NCBI GenBank assembly: GCA_039028615.1
Contig: JBCCHT010000015.1
Location: 160,001 to 224,000 of the forward strand
Length of the DNA: 64,000 bases
Direction: 5' to 3'
DNA from: Myxococcota bacterium
Lineage (GTDB): Bacteria; Myxococcota_A; Polyangia; Nannocystales; Nannocystaceae
The notes beneath the pieces are model-generated. The model made no database searches. It was not told where the DNA came from and was given only the letters and a program-made list of their open reading frames with translations. Below, piece by piece: positions 1 through 9,800 of the stretch. The position numbers were made by a program, and so were the translations under genes. Numbering within the stretch: the first letter of the stretch is position 1; every line of letters begins with the position of its first letter.

Positions 1-3000
1 GCGACCCCCAATGGTGGTGGGGCCTCGCCAGCCGGGGGCGGTGGCACGGGCGCGGGTCGGCTTCCCTTGTCCGGTGGAGGTACGACCACCGTCCCTTCGG
101 GGGCCGAGACGCAGAGCATCGCCGAAGCGGCTGGGCTGCCGCAGATCTTCAGCCTGTTGAAGTCGGTGTTGGCCGCGGGGTCGCTCAATCAGCTGCAGCC
201 CAATGTGCCGTCGGCTCCCGTGGCACCGGTCTTGACGGCGGACACGACCGTCCTTCGACTCGCTGGCACGCGGACCGGGCTGCAAGCGGGCGACCCGATC
301 CTCATCGCCGGCACCGACCCCGAACGCGGTACGCCGGTCTCGTGGATCCGCTTTGTGGAGTCGGTCACGCCCAACTCCAACCCCAGCTACACCACGGTCA
401 CGTGGCAGCCGCCGCTGGGCCAGCCGAGCGAGGACGTGGCCCCGCCTTTGCCGTCGGTGGTCAACGGCCCGCAGGTGTTCGGCTTCGCCAAGAGTGCGAG
501 CCTGTTCGGCAACACCGCGGCGAAGTGGTCGACCCTGCGCGACACCGTCAAGGTGACCCTCGCTCCGCCGATGGGGGGCGTGCTGGTGTCCGCCGACGGA
601 GGAAGCACCTGGGCGGGGCAGACGTCGGGGCTCCCGATGGAGACGCCCACCGCGGTGCTGACCAGCGGCGATACGACCTTCGTCGCGCTGACCAACAAGG
701 GCCTCTACCGCAGCGATGGTGGCTCGTTCGTCGCGGCCAACGGCGGGATCAGCCAACGCAGCATCTTCACCGTGGCGGGTCGCAGCGACGACTTCATGGT
801 GGGAGCGGCCAGCGGCAAGGCCTACGGCTCGGTCGACGGTGGCGAGTCCTGGGACCCGATCATGGGCGGCCCACCGGTCTTGTCGGGGCGGGGACGCAAG
901 CGACAGGTCACCCAGACGCAGCTGCCCTCGACCAACGTCCGAGCGCTGCTGTCGGTCAAAGACGAGATCCACGCCGGGACCGATCGGGGCGCCTTCGTCT
1001 ATGACGGCACCAACTGGGCGCCCGACGGGACGCTCACCACCCCCGTGTTCGCCCTGGTGAACGGCAAGCACGGGGTGACGGCAGCGACCTCGACCGGCGT
1101 GGTGTCCCTGCAGTCGCGGGGCAAGTGGAAGCCGGTCGGCAAGGGGCTACCGAAGGCCGCCGTCGTCGGGCTGGCCGAGGGCAACGACTTGGTCGCCGCC
1201 ACCGCGACCGGAGTCTGGTTCCTCAGCGGCAAGACGTGGACGGAGAACAACGGGACGGCTCCGAACGCATTGCCCTCCGGTGTGACCATCACCGCCGTCG
1301 CGGCCACGGGCGGGACGGCCTGGGTGGGGACGAAGGCACAGGGCCTGTACCGCTCGACCGACGGCGGCTCGAGCTGGCAGCGGGTGGATGTGCAGCAGCT
1401 GTTCACCGCGCCGTCGTCCGACGCTCCCACGAGCACCACCATCCCGGAATCGCTGGCCGTCGAGTTCAGTCGACAGGGCTATCCGCTCACGCGCAAGGCC
1501 ACGCTCGCCAAGTCCGGCTCGAGCTGGACGATCACCGACGGAACGCTGGCCTACACCCTGGTCCCCGACAGCAGCGGCGTAGCGGTGTCGCTGACCGATG
1601 CGTTGCCGTCGGTCAGCGCGCTGAGTGTCGATGGGCAGACGGTGGTGGCCGTCGGTGCGTTCAACGGTTTTGCGGCGGAGCAGTGGCCGGGCTTCGAGCT
1701 GTCGCGCACCGTCGACTTGTCGAAGGTCAACAACGAGATCGTGGCCAACGGCTGGGTCGTGCTGGCGCAGAACACCTCGGCCGGGGCGCTGTCGGCCGCG
1801 TACCAGGTGGACGAGGTGCTCGGCGTGTCTCGCTCCGCGTTCGGGGTCTCCGGCGAGATCACACGCTTGAAGGTGACGCCCACCACGGGGCTACCCGAGT
1901 TCGACCTCCGCAATGCGGACGCGTGGGTCCAGAGCACGCGGCTGTCCCTCTACAGCCCGGTGACCAGCACGCTGACGCCGATCTCGGGCACCACGATCGA
2001 ACTCGACCAGCAGCTCGACACGGCCCTGCCCCTGCCACGTGCAGCGGTGGTGGAGGGCAAGGCGGTCAACGCCGCCATCGTGCCCGTGGGCGGGGTCTTG
2101 GCGTGGCAGGGCTCCTCGTGGCAGCGACGGGCCTTGGCTCAGGCGGATGTCCGGGCGCTGGCGGTCGATGCTCAGGGCAACACCTACGTCGGCACCAAGG
2201 GCAGCGGGGCGTTCGTGCTGCCCCAGTCCGCGACCACGACGACACCGCTGGCCTCGGGACTGTCGGCGAAGACGGTCGAGGCGATGTCCACCGTGCGCAT
2301 CGATGCCCACACCGAGGTGGTGCTCGCGGGAAGCTCCGATGGGGTCTCGATGCGCACGGGCGTCAGTGGGGCGTGGACCCCTGCCGGGCTCGACGGGCGG
2401 AGCGTTTCGGTGCTGGCGACCGGCAGCCACGCGAAGGTCTACGCGGGCACCAGTACCGGTGGCGTGTACTCGGCCACGATTGGGAGTTCGAGCGCGGCGC
2501 CCTCGTGGAGCACCTCTCCCAGCCTCGGCGAGGCGGTCACGGCCATCGCCATCTCGGGCGGAGGCACGGCCTACGCAGGCACGGCCAAGGGGGTCTTCGT
2601 GCTCGATGGAGGCACGTGGCGAGCGCTGACCCAGGGCCTGAGCGATACCCGGGTGTGCGACCTCGTGTTCGATGCCTCCGGCACCTTGCTCGCGGCCACC
2701 CAGGGCGGTGTCTTCAGCTATTCCGTGTCGCGGCGCGAATGGGATGCGCAACGGAACGGCCTGCCCGTCGTGCCCGTGCAGACGCTGTTGGTGGTGGGCC
2801 ATGAGCTGTACGCGGGCACGCGAGGGGCGGGGGTGTATCGTCGCGCGTCGTCGGGGCGGCGGTGGTCGGCGGTGCCCACGGGCGCTTCCAACGATGTCCG
2901 GGTGCTCATCGAGGGCCCCGACGGGAAGCCGTGGTACGGGGCGCGCAACGTGGCCGTCCTCATCGGCGAGGATCAGCGCCGCGTCGAGTTGGCGCAGCCG

Positions 3001-4629
3001 TTTTTGTTCTCGACCACCAGCGTGGACACCACCGGGTTCGGCATGCTCGACCAGGGAATGATCCCGGACACGGTCACCGATGCGTTCACGCAGGAGAAGA
3101 TCCAGCTCGATGCCGCGGCGACCGTGCTGCCGCTCGAACTCGGGGCCACGTGGCTCGTCACCAGTCAGAGCACGCTGTACGTGTTGGCGCTGTGGCAGGC
3201 GGTGGCGACCGGCGCTCCGCTCCAGGTGTATCGCAACGCCACGGTCGCCTCCGTCACCGATGCGCCGACCGGGAAGGGGGCGGTGCAGACGTACCGCCTG
3301 CAGGACAAGCTGGGCGCCTCGGGGTCGCTGTCGGCCACGGCCAGCGAGGTCCAGCTGCAGCCGGCCGCGAGCGGTGACGCGACCCTGAAGGAGCACATCC
3401 AGGTGACCGGCCAGAGTCCAGACCCGGGCCGCGACTCGACCGACGTTCCCTCGGACACCACGCTCACCACGCTGACGCTGAAAAAACCGCTTCGGCACTA
3501 CTACGACGCCTCGACGGTGAGCATTCACGCCAACGTCGGGGCGGCGCGCCACGGCACCGCAGCGAAGCAGGTCATCGGGAGCGGCGACTCGAGCCAAGCC
3601 AACCAGACCTTCGACGTTCCCGGTCCGGTCGCGGCCACGGGCTCCGAGCCGACCTCGACGACGGCCGCGGACGATGCTCATCCGCTCGTCGGGATGCCCA
3701 AGACCACGCTGAGCATCGACGTGTCGGGGCAGCAGTGGAAACAGGTGCAGTCCTTCGCCCACAGCGGGCCCGACGATCGCCACTACGTCGTCCATCATCA
3801 AGCCGATGGATCTGCTCGTGTCACCTTCGGCGACGGTGATCACGGCGCTCGCCTGCCGACCGGGCGAGAGAACGTCACCGCTCGCTACACCCGCGGCGGC
3901 GGGCCGCAGGGCGAGGTGGGAGCGGGTCGGGTCCAGCAGCTTCGCACGCAGCCACAGCTCGTGCAGCGGGGACACAACCCCACTGCGGCCACGATCCCGG
4001 CGACCTCCGGCCGACGCGATCAGGTGGCCGCGTCGATCCAGGCGCTCGGGCGGGTTGTCTCCATCCAAGACATCCGGGACTATGGCCTGGCATATCCCGG
4101 AGTCGGCAAGGCGCGGGTCGATGTGGTGCGAACGCCCAACGGCCGCACGCTGGTGCTCACCGTCGTGGGCAAGGGCAAGGACCTCGAGGAGGACCTCGCG
4201 GCGGCCATCGCTTCGGTGCGGGGTCCGGGGTTGCCGCTGCGAGTCCTGAAGGCACGCCATCGTCACTTTCGCGTGGCGGCGACGCTCTACACCGACCCCG
4301 GGGTGAACCTCGAGCACTCCGCTCGGGCGGCGATCGAGCACGCCTACGATGCCCGCGCCCGGCAGATCGGTCAGGACGTCACGTCTTCCGAGATCGTCGC
4401 GACGCTGCAGGCCATCGACGGCGTCCGGGGCGTGGAACTCACCGCGTTGTATCGACTCGAAGATTCGCCCTCCGTGGAGCCCGTGATCGAGGCCGAGGGC
4501 GCGCGGTGGAGTGCGGCCAGCCAAAGGGTGCGCGGCGGTGTCGTGCTCCAGGTCGAGTCTTCACCCCACGCGATCGAGCTGAAGGTCGTGTCCGAGCCCG
4601 CGCAACCCTTCGACGGAGACCCGCCATGA
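1..4629 (+). CDS. Large baseplate J-like (eCIS baseplate assembly) protein with inserted Asp-box/BNR beta-propellers; 5'-truncated by window edge
   Basis: Frame is open from base 1 (ATPNGGG...). C-terminal baseplate-J motifs GSGDSSQANQTF, WKQVQSF..SGPDDRHY, VTFGDGDHGARLPTGRENVTARY..GGG, RVVSIQD. Asp-box repeats SADGGSTW, SVDGGESW, STDGGSSW. Confidence 0.88.
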   Translation, partial: ATPNGGGASPAGGGGTGAGRLPLSGGGTTTVPSGAETQSIAEAAGLPQIFSLLKSVLAAGSLNQLQPNVPSAPVAPVLTADTTVLRLAGTRTGLQAGDPILIAGTDPERGTPVSWIRFVESVTPNSNPSYTTVTWQPPLGQPSEDVAPPLPSVVNGPQVFGFAKSASLFGNTAAKWSTLRDTVKVTLAPPMGGVLVSADGGSTWAGQTSGLPMETPTAVLTSGDTTFVALTNKGLYRSDGGSFVAANGGISQRSIFTVAGRSDDFMVGAASGKAYGSVDGGESWDPIMGGPPVLSGRGRKRQVTQTQLPSTNVRALLSVKDEIHAGTDRGAFVYDGTNWAPDGTLTTPVFALVNGKHGVTAATSTGVVSLQSRGKWKPVGKGLPKAAVVGLAEGNDLVAATATGVWFLSGKTWTENNGTAPNALPSGVTITAVAATGGTAWVGTKAQGLYRSTDGGSSWQRVDVQQLFTAPSSDAPTSTTIPESLAVEFSRQGYPLTRKATLAKSGSSWTITDGTLAYTLVPDSSGVAVSLTDALPSVSALSVDGQTVVAVGAFNGFAAEQWPGFELSRTVDLSKVNNEIVANGWVVLAQNTSAGALSAAYQVDEVLGVSRSAFGVSGEITRLKVTPTTGLPEFDLRNADAWVQSTRLSLYSPVTSTLTPISGTTIELDQQLDTALPLPRAAVVEGKAVNAAIVPVGGVLAWQGSSWQRRALAQADVRALAVDAQGNTYVGTKGSGAFVLPQSATTTTPLASGLSAKTVEAMSTVRIDAHTEVVLAGSSDGVSMRTGVSGAWTPAGLDGRSVSVLATGSHAKVYAGTSTGGVYSATIGSSSAAPSWSTSPSLGEAVTAIAISGGGTAYAGTAKGVFVLDGGTWRALTQGLSDTRVCDLVFDASGTLLAATQGGVFSYSVSRREWDAQRNGLPVVPVQTLLVVGHELYAGTRGAGVYRRASSGRRWSAVPTGASNDVRVLIEGPDGKPWYGARNVAVLIGEDQRRVELAQPFLFSTTSVDTTGFGMLDQGMIPDTVTDAFTQEKIQLDAAATVLPLELGATWLVTSQSTLYVLALWQAVATGAPLQVYRNATVASVTDAPTGKGAVQTYRLQDKLGASGSLSATASEVQLQPAASGDATLKEHIQVTGQSPDPGRDSTDVPSDTTLTTLTLKKPLRHYYDASTVSIHANVGAARHGTAAKQVIGSGDSSQANQTFDVPGPVAATGSEPTSTTAADDAHPLVGMPKTTLSIDVSGQQWKQVQSFAHSGPDDRHYVVHHQADGSARVTFGDGDHGARLPTGRENVTARYTRGGGPQGEVGAGRVQQLRTQPQLVQRGHNPTAATIPATSGRRDQVAASIQALGRVVSIQDIRDYGLAYPGVGKARVDVVRTPNGRTLVLTVVGKGKDLEEDLAAAIASVRGPGLPLRVLKARHRHFRVAATLYTDPGVNLEHSARAAIEHAYDARARQIGQDVTSSEIVATLQAIDGVRGVELTALYRLEDSPSVEPVIEAEGARWSAASQRVRGGVVLQVESSPHAIELKVVSEPAQPFDGDPP

Positions 4630-6767
4630 GCACGCAGGAACGACTCTACCCGCTGCTCCCGGTCTACTTTCGCCAGCGCGATCTCGAGGTGGGTCAGCCG
4701 CTTCGCGCGTTGATGGCGGTGCTTCAGCAGCAGGGCGAAGCGCTGCACGGCAACATCGCGGAGCTGTACCGGGACTGGTTCATCGCGACCTGCTCCGAGT
4801 GGGCGGTGCCCTATATCGGTGAGGCGATCGGCATCTCGGGGCTCGAGGACAGCCGCAGCGTCTCGTTCAGTCAGCGCGCCCGCGTGGCCCACACCATTCG
4901 GGATCGTCGTCGCAAGGGGCGACTGTCGACGCTCGCCTGGGCGCTGCACGATGCGAGCGGATGGTCGGTCTACGCACGGGTCGCGTTTCCCGTGGTGGCG
5001 ACGACGCAGTCGCTTCAGCACCTGCGCCTCGATCGAGGCCGCCTGGTCGACGTTCGCGATACCGAAGCGTTGGTCGAGCTCGAGCAGCCGTGGAGCGAGA
5101 CGGCCCGCACGGTGTCGATCACCGGACGATCACAGGCGGAGTCGGGAGCCGTGATCGGTGGGGTGGGGCAGTCGTTTGCGCCCTACAACTTGCCGGACAT
5201 CGCGGTGTCGATCTGGCGGCTGACGAGCTACCAGGTTCGAGGCGCGACGGCGGCCCGAGTCGTGGTCCCGCCGCGTCGAGGCCGGGGACCCTCGGGGCAG
5301 TGCTTCACCTTCGATGCGCTCGGCTTCGACGTCCCGCTGTTCCTGTTGCCCCGGACACGAACCGACCAACAGCTGCCGCCCACGCCCGCGGACCTCTGTC
5401 GCCCCATGACGCGAAACGACCTGCGGCAGGCGCTGAACGAGGCCCGTGCGGCCGTGGACGGGACCGACCACGAGGTCGGCCTGTCGATCACGCTGGTGGG
5501 GTCGAGAGGCCAACGGCAGCCGGTCTCGCCCGAGAAGATCGTGGCCGCCAACCTCGACGATTGGCGCCCGCCCCCGGTGTCGCCGCCGACCACGGCCGAT
5601 CGCTCGCCCTTCGTCGCCGTGGATCCCGAACGCGGTCGGTTGATGGTGCTGGGCGCGACCGTTGCCAGCGTCGTGGTCGGCTATGCCTACGGCTTTTCGG
5701 GCGACGTCGGCGGAGGCCCATACTCGCGCGCCTCCCAGTGGGAAAGCGCCGCCGAGGGCACCTGGGTCGCCTGCGTGGGGCGGGGCCAGGGCTACGGGGG
5801 GCGGGTCTTCTCCACGCTCCAGGCCGCGCTCGCGGCGTGGCCCTCCAAGGAAAAATCGGCCCGGATCACGTTCATCGACAGCGGCACCTACGAGGCGCCC
5901 AAGCCGGCCGAGGTCTTCGGCATCACCCTCGGGGCAGGCCGGAGTCTTCACATCACGACCGCCGCGGGAGAGCGACCCACGCTGGTAGGCACGCTGTCGG
6001 TCACGACCGCGCAGTCGGGGGCGCTCATCCTCGAGGGGCTGTGCATCGACGGCACGGTGAAGGCCACCGGACGGCTGGCGCTCGAGGTTCGGCACTGCAC
6101 GCTCGTGCCCCGCACGGAGCCAGCGGGCCGCGGTGTCGCGCCGCGCCCCGGCGTCGTCTTGCAGGATCCCTTCGCCAGCCTGCGCCTCAGCTACAGCATC
6201 AGCGGCCCGCTCCTGGGCACCGACGAGACGCTGATGGCCCTCGAACGCTCGATCATCGATGCTGGCAGCGCGGACGCCTGGGCCCTGTCGGCGGGGCCCC
6301 ACAGCGGCGGGGCCCCGATGGAGGTCATCGCCAACTCGTGCACGGTGCTCGGGCGCACGGCGGCGGCGCGGCTGTGTGCGACCGGCTGCATCTTCACCGG
6401 GACCCTCGAGGTCGAGCAGACGGCCCACGGATCGATCGACGACAGCTGGGTGCCTCCCGGGTCGACCACGCCGCCGCTGCATCGCACGCAGCCGGCCATG
6501 GCCCTCGCGGGTATCCGCGACCCGGCGGTGCGACGGCGAGTGCGGCTGCGCACCGCCCCGGTCTTCACCTCCACCCAGTACGGGCAGCCCGGCTACGCCC
6601 AGCTGGGGGAAGCCAGCACGATGCCGATCCGAACGGGGGGCGAAGACCGACGCCAGATGGGCGTGTGGTCGTTCCTCGAGCAGCCCTACCGGGAAACCGC
6701 GGTCATCTCGACGGCGGAGACCTACCAGCCCAACGAGCTCATCTCGAGCCTGCACTACCGGTCCTGA
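4626..6767 (+). CDS. eCIS/phage tail (P2 gpI-like wedge) protein with C-terminal beta-helix-like region
   Basis: ATGA overlap with the upstream stop. N-terminus RLYPLLPVYFRQRD..GQPLRALM..LYRDWFIATCSEWAVPYIG..RRKG is typical of tail proteins that follow baseplate J; also VAVDPERGRL, YGFSGDVGGGPY, PVFTSTQYGQPGYAQL. Confidence 0.82.
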   Translation: MSTQERLYPLLPVYFRQRDLEVGQPLRALMAVLQQQGEALHGNIAELYRDWFIATCSEWAVPYIGEAIGISGLEDSRSVSFSQRARVAHTIRDRRRKGRLSTLAWALHDASGWSVYARVAFPVVATTQSLQHLRLDRGRLVDVRDTEALVELEQPWSETARTVSITGRSQAESGAVIGGVGQSFAPYNLPDIAVSIWRLTSYQVRGATAARVVVPPRRGRGPSGQCFTFDALGFDVPLFLLPRTRTDQQLPPTPADLCRPMTRNDLRQALNEARAAVDGTDHEVGLSITLVGSRGQRQPVSPEKIVAANLDDWRPPPVSPPTTADRSPFVAVDPERGRLMVLGATVASVVVGYAYGFSGDVGGGPYSRASQWESAAEGTWVACVGRGQGYGGRVFSTLQAALAAWPSKEKSARITFIDSGTYEAPKPAEVFGITLGAGRSLHITTAAGERPTLVGTLSVTTAQSGALILEGLCIDGTVKATGRLALEVRHCTLVPRTEPAGRGVAPRPGVVLQDPFASLRLSYSISGPLLGTDETLMALERSIIDAGSADAWALSAGPHSGGAPMEVIANSCTVLGRTAAARLCATGCIFTGTLEVEQTAHGSIDDSWVPPGSTTPPLHRTQPAMALAGIRDPAVRRRVRLRTAPVFTSTQYGQPGYAQLGEASTMPIRTGGEDRRQMGVWSFLEQPYRETAVISTAETYQPNELISSLHYRS

Positions 6768-6817
6768 CCACGAGACCCGAAGAACGCATCATGAAGCACG
6801 GACTCAAATACGGGACC

Positions 6818-9800
6818 ATGTACGGGGACTTCTCTCGGCTCCCGGAGGGGTTGTTCGAGCCGTTCACCAACGTGTGGATGCAGCAGGGGAGGGTGCAGCT
6901 CGACTCCGACTGGAACGCCCAAGCGGCGCTGACTCGACAGCGCGCGGCGATCGGGCTGACCGACATCATCGGTCGCACCGGGGCCCCCGCCGTGTCGCCC
7001 GGGTTCGGTGTGCGGCCGATGTTCGGGGTCGAGCTGGGTCTTCACGGCTACCTCGAGGTGCACGACGCGGCCCCGTTCGCGTTCGAAGGCACTCAGCCCT
7101 TCACCCTCGAGGCCTGGGTCGACCTGTCGCCGCTCGACGGTGGGGGCACCGTGCTCACCTGCGCCTCGCCGATGGCCGATGGTGGCTACTCGCTGTTCAT
7201 TCGCGACACGCTGGTCCGCTTCGGTCGCTGGGAGCTCGACGAGCGCGGGGAGGCTTCGTGGCAGCTGCTCGAGGCCCGACGCCCGCTGACCCCCGGCCGC
7301 TTCATGCACGTGGCGGCGGTCTACGACGGTCGGGTGTCGCGGGTCTACGTCGGCGGTAAGCTGGCGGGGGAGGGCGCCGCGGGGCCGGGGGCTTCGGGGG
7401 CGTCACAGCTGTTCCTCGGTGGAGTGCCCGAGGACTCGGGGGTGCCGGGCGAGTCGCTCGATGGAGCGATGGCCGGGGTTCGGATCTGGTCGCGGGCCCG
7501 GTCGCGGGCCGAGATTGCCCGCGATGTCGCTCGGGACCGTCGGGGGCTGGCGGACGAGCGAGCGGAGCACCTGATCGCCCATTGGCCTCTCGACCAGGGG
7601 CACGGCGAACGGGCACAAAACGACGTCGGTGCTCGCTACGCCACGTTGCGCGACGGGGCGAGCTGGCGGTTGTTCGACCTGGCGATCGAGCCGGGTCGCT
7701 ACTACGTCGACGGGGCCATCGCCGAGCTTCATCGTGGCGAGCGCTACACACAGCAGCACGCATACCCGGGGGCCCGGCTGCCTACGCATCCGGGGCTCTA
7801 CGCCATCGTGCTCGAGCTGTGGGAGCGGTCGATCAACCCCATCGAGGACCCGACCCTCCGCGAGATTGCGCTGGGCGGGCCCACCACCACGACCCGCAGC
7901 GCCTTGGTGCCCGCGGTGCGGCTGATCTCGTTGCCGCGGGCTCAGGCCGACCTGCTGAAGCTCGACCACGACGAGACGGCCCGTCGCATCGAGTCCGCGG
8001 TCGACTCGCTCACTCGCAGCACGGCCCGGATGTCGGCACGCCTGCGCCCCTCGGGGCCCGTGGGCAACTACCTGTATCGGGTGGAGGTTCACGACCCCGG
8101 GGTCCTGGGCGAGAGCCTGCCGAGCGAGCTCATCGAGCTCGAGGTCGTCCGGGTCGCGGCCGAGGTCTCCGAGCTGCACCTCGGCGATGTGGACCTCGAG
8201 ATCGTCGACTTCACCATCGACGAGTACGTCGAGCTGACCAGCGGCTCGGGTGAGCTGCGCGTGCACGCCCGGGTGCTGCACTGGCATGGGGAGCGGGGGG
8301 CCCTCGGGATCGAGATCGACGTCGAGACCCTCCAGATCCTCGAGGCCGACGGCCCGACGACCCTGCGTCGGTCTCGAGGTCCCACCTTCAAGTGGTCCCG
8401 GACCAACGGGTCGACGGTGGAGGCGATCGAGCCCATCGAAGGCGACGGCAAGACCCTCGTCGTCACCGGGTGGACGGACGGCCGCATGCCCATCTCCGCG
8501 GGCGATTGGCTCGAGATCGTCGACGATCGCTACACGCTGCGCAACGAGCCCGCGCACCTGGTGCAGGTGGCTCGGGTCTCTTCCCAGCAGCGTCGCATCG
8601 AGCTGGTCGAGCCGGCTCCCTCGGGGGTCGGGCGCAACGGGTCGTTGCATCCCTTCGTGCGGCGGTGGGACCAGCACGCCACGGAAGCCACCCAGCTGCG
8701 AGGCGGCGCGGTGGTCATCGACCGTAACCAGTGGATCGCGCTCGAGCACGGCCTCTCGGTCTCGTTCGAGGCCGGGACCTACCGCCGGGGCGACTACTGG
8801 TGGGTCACGGCGCGCGCCGACAGCCAGTCGATCGAGTGGCCCACCCGCGACGACGAGCCGCTGTCTCAGCCTCCCTTGGGGGTCGCGCGCTCGCGGGCCG
8901 TGCTCGGGTTGTTCGCTCAGGGCAAGGGGGCCGCGGTCGTTCGCGATCTTCGTCGAGTCTTCGCCACGCTGCCCTTCCATGGGGGGGTGCCGCACGGGGA
9001 CACCGACGGCGACGGCATCGAGGACGAGGCCATCCCGCTCGAGCCCGAGGTCATTCCCGAGACGCGAACGGAAGAGCCCGAGCCGTCGCCGAGCTTCGCC
9101 GAAGGTGGCGAGATCATCCTTCGTACCGTCGACGAGCCGCCCCTGAACTACCACCGCACGGGCGACCGCATCGAACTCGAAGGGCCCACGCCGCACTGGG
9201 ATCACGATGCGCTGGAGGGCATGGGAGCGGACTGCGAAGGCGTGACCGAGGTGGGCGGTGTTGCGTTCGTGCTCTCGGCCGAGGCCATCTTCCGCGTGGC
9301 GGACAACGGCGCGCTCGCCCAAGGGGCACGGATGCCGGCGCTGCGTCGGGCGTTCGGCTTGACCGCGTGCCGGGGTCGCATCTTCGTGATCGGTGGTGTC
9401 GACGATCGAGGTCGGCGGGTCGATACCGTGTTCGCCTACGATCCGAGCGCCGATCAATGGGAGACGCGAGCGCCCCTGCCTCGCGAGCGCAGTCACCTCG
9501 GAGCGACGGACGTCGACGGCAAGATCTACGCGGTCGGCGGCATCGAGTCGTTCCTTTGGCTCTTCGAGCGGGCCAGCGATCGCCTCGACATCTACGACCC
9601 CGAGCACGATCGCTGGTCGGAGGGCCCCACGGCGCCGCATCGTCGCAGCGAGCTCGGGGTCGCGACCTTGGGCTCGCAGGTACACGCGGTGGGAGGCAGC
9701 CGTCGGTCGTGGGGCAAGGACCAGGAGACCGATACCCACCAGATCTACGACGTCGCTCGCAAGACCTGGGTCGAAGGGGAGCCGCTGCCGCTGCGGGTCG

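Noticed and set aside
4961..6790. N-terminal ~610 aa of the 2015-aa ORF
   Set aside because: Arg/Gly/Pro-rich off-frame shadow of the tail gene; the DUF6519 motif begins at MYGDFSR (6818).
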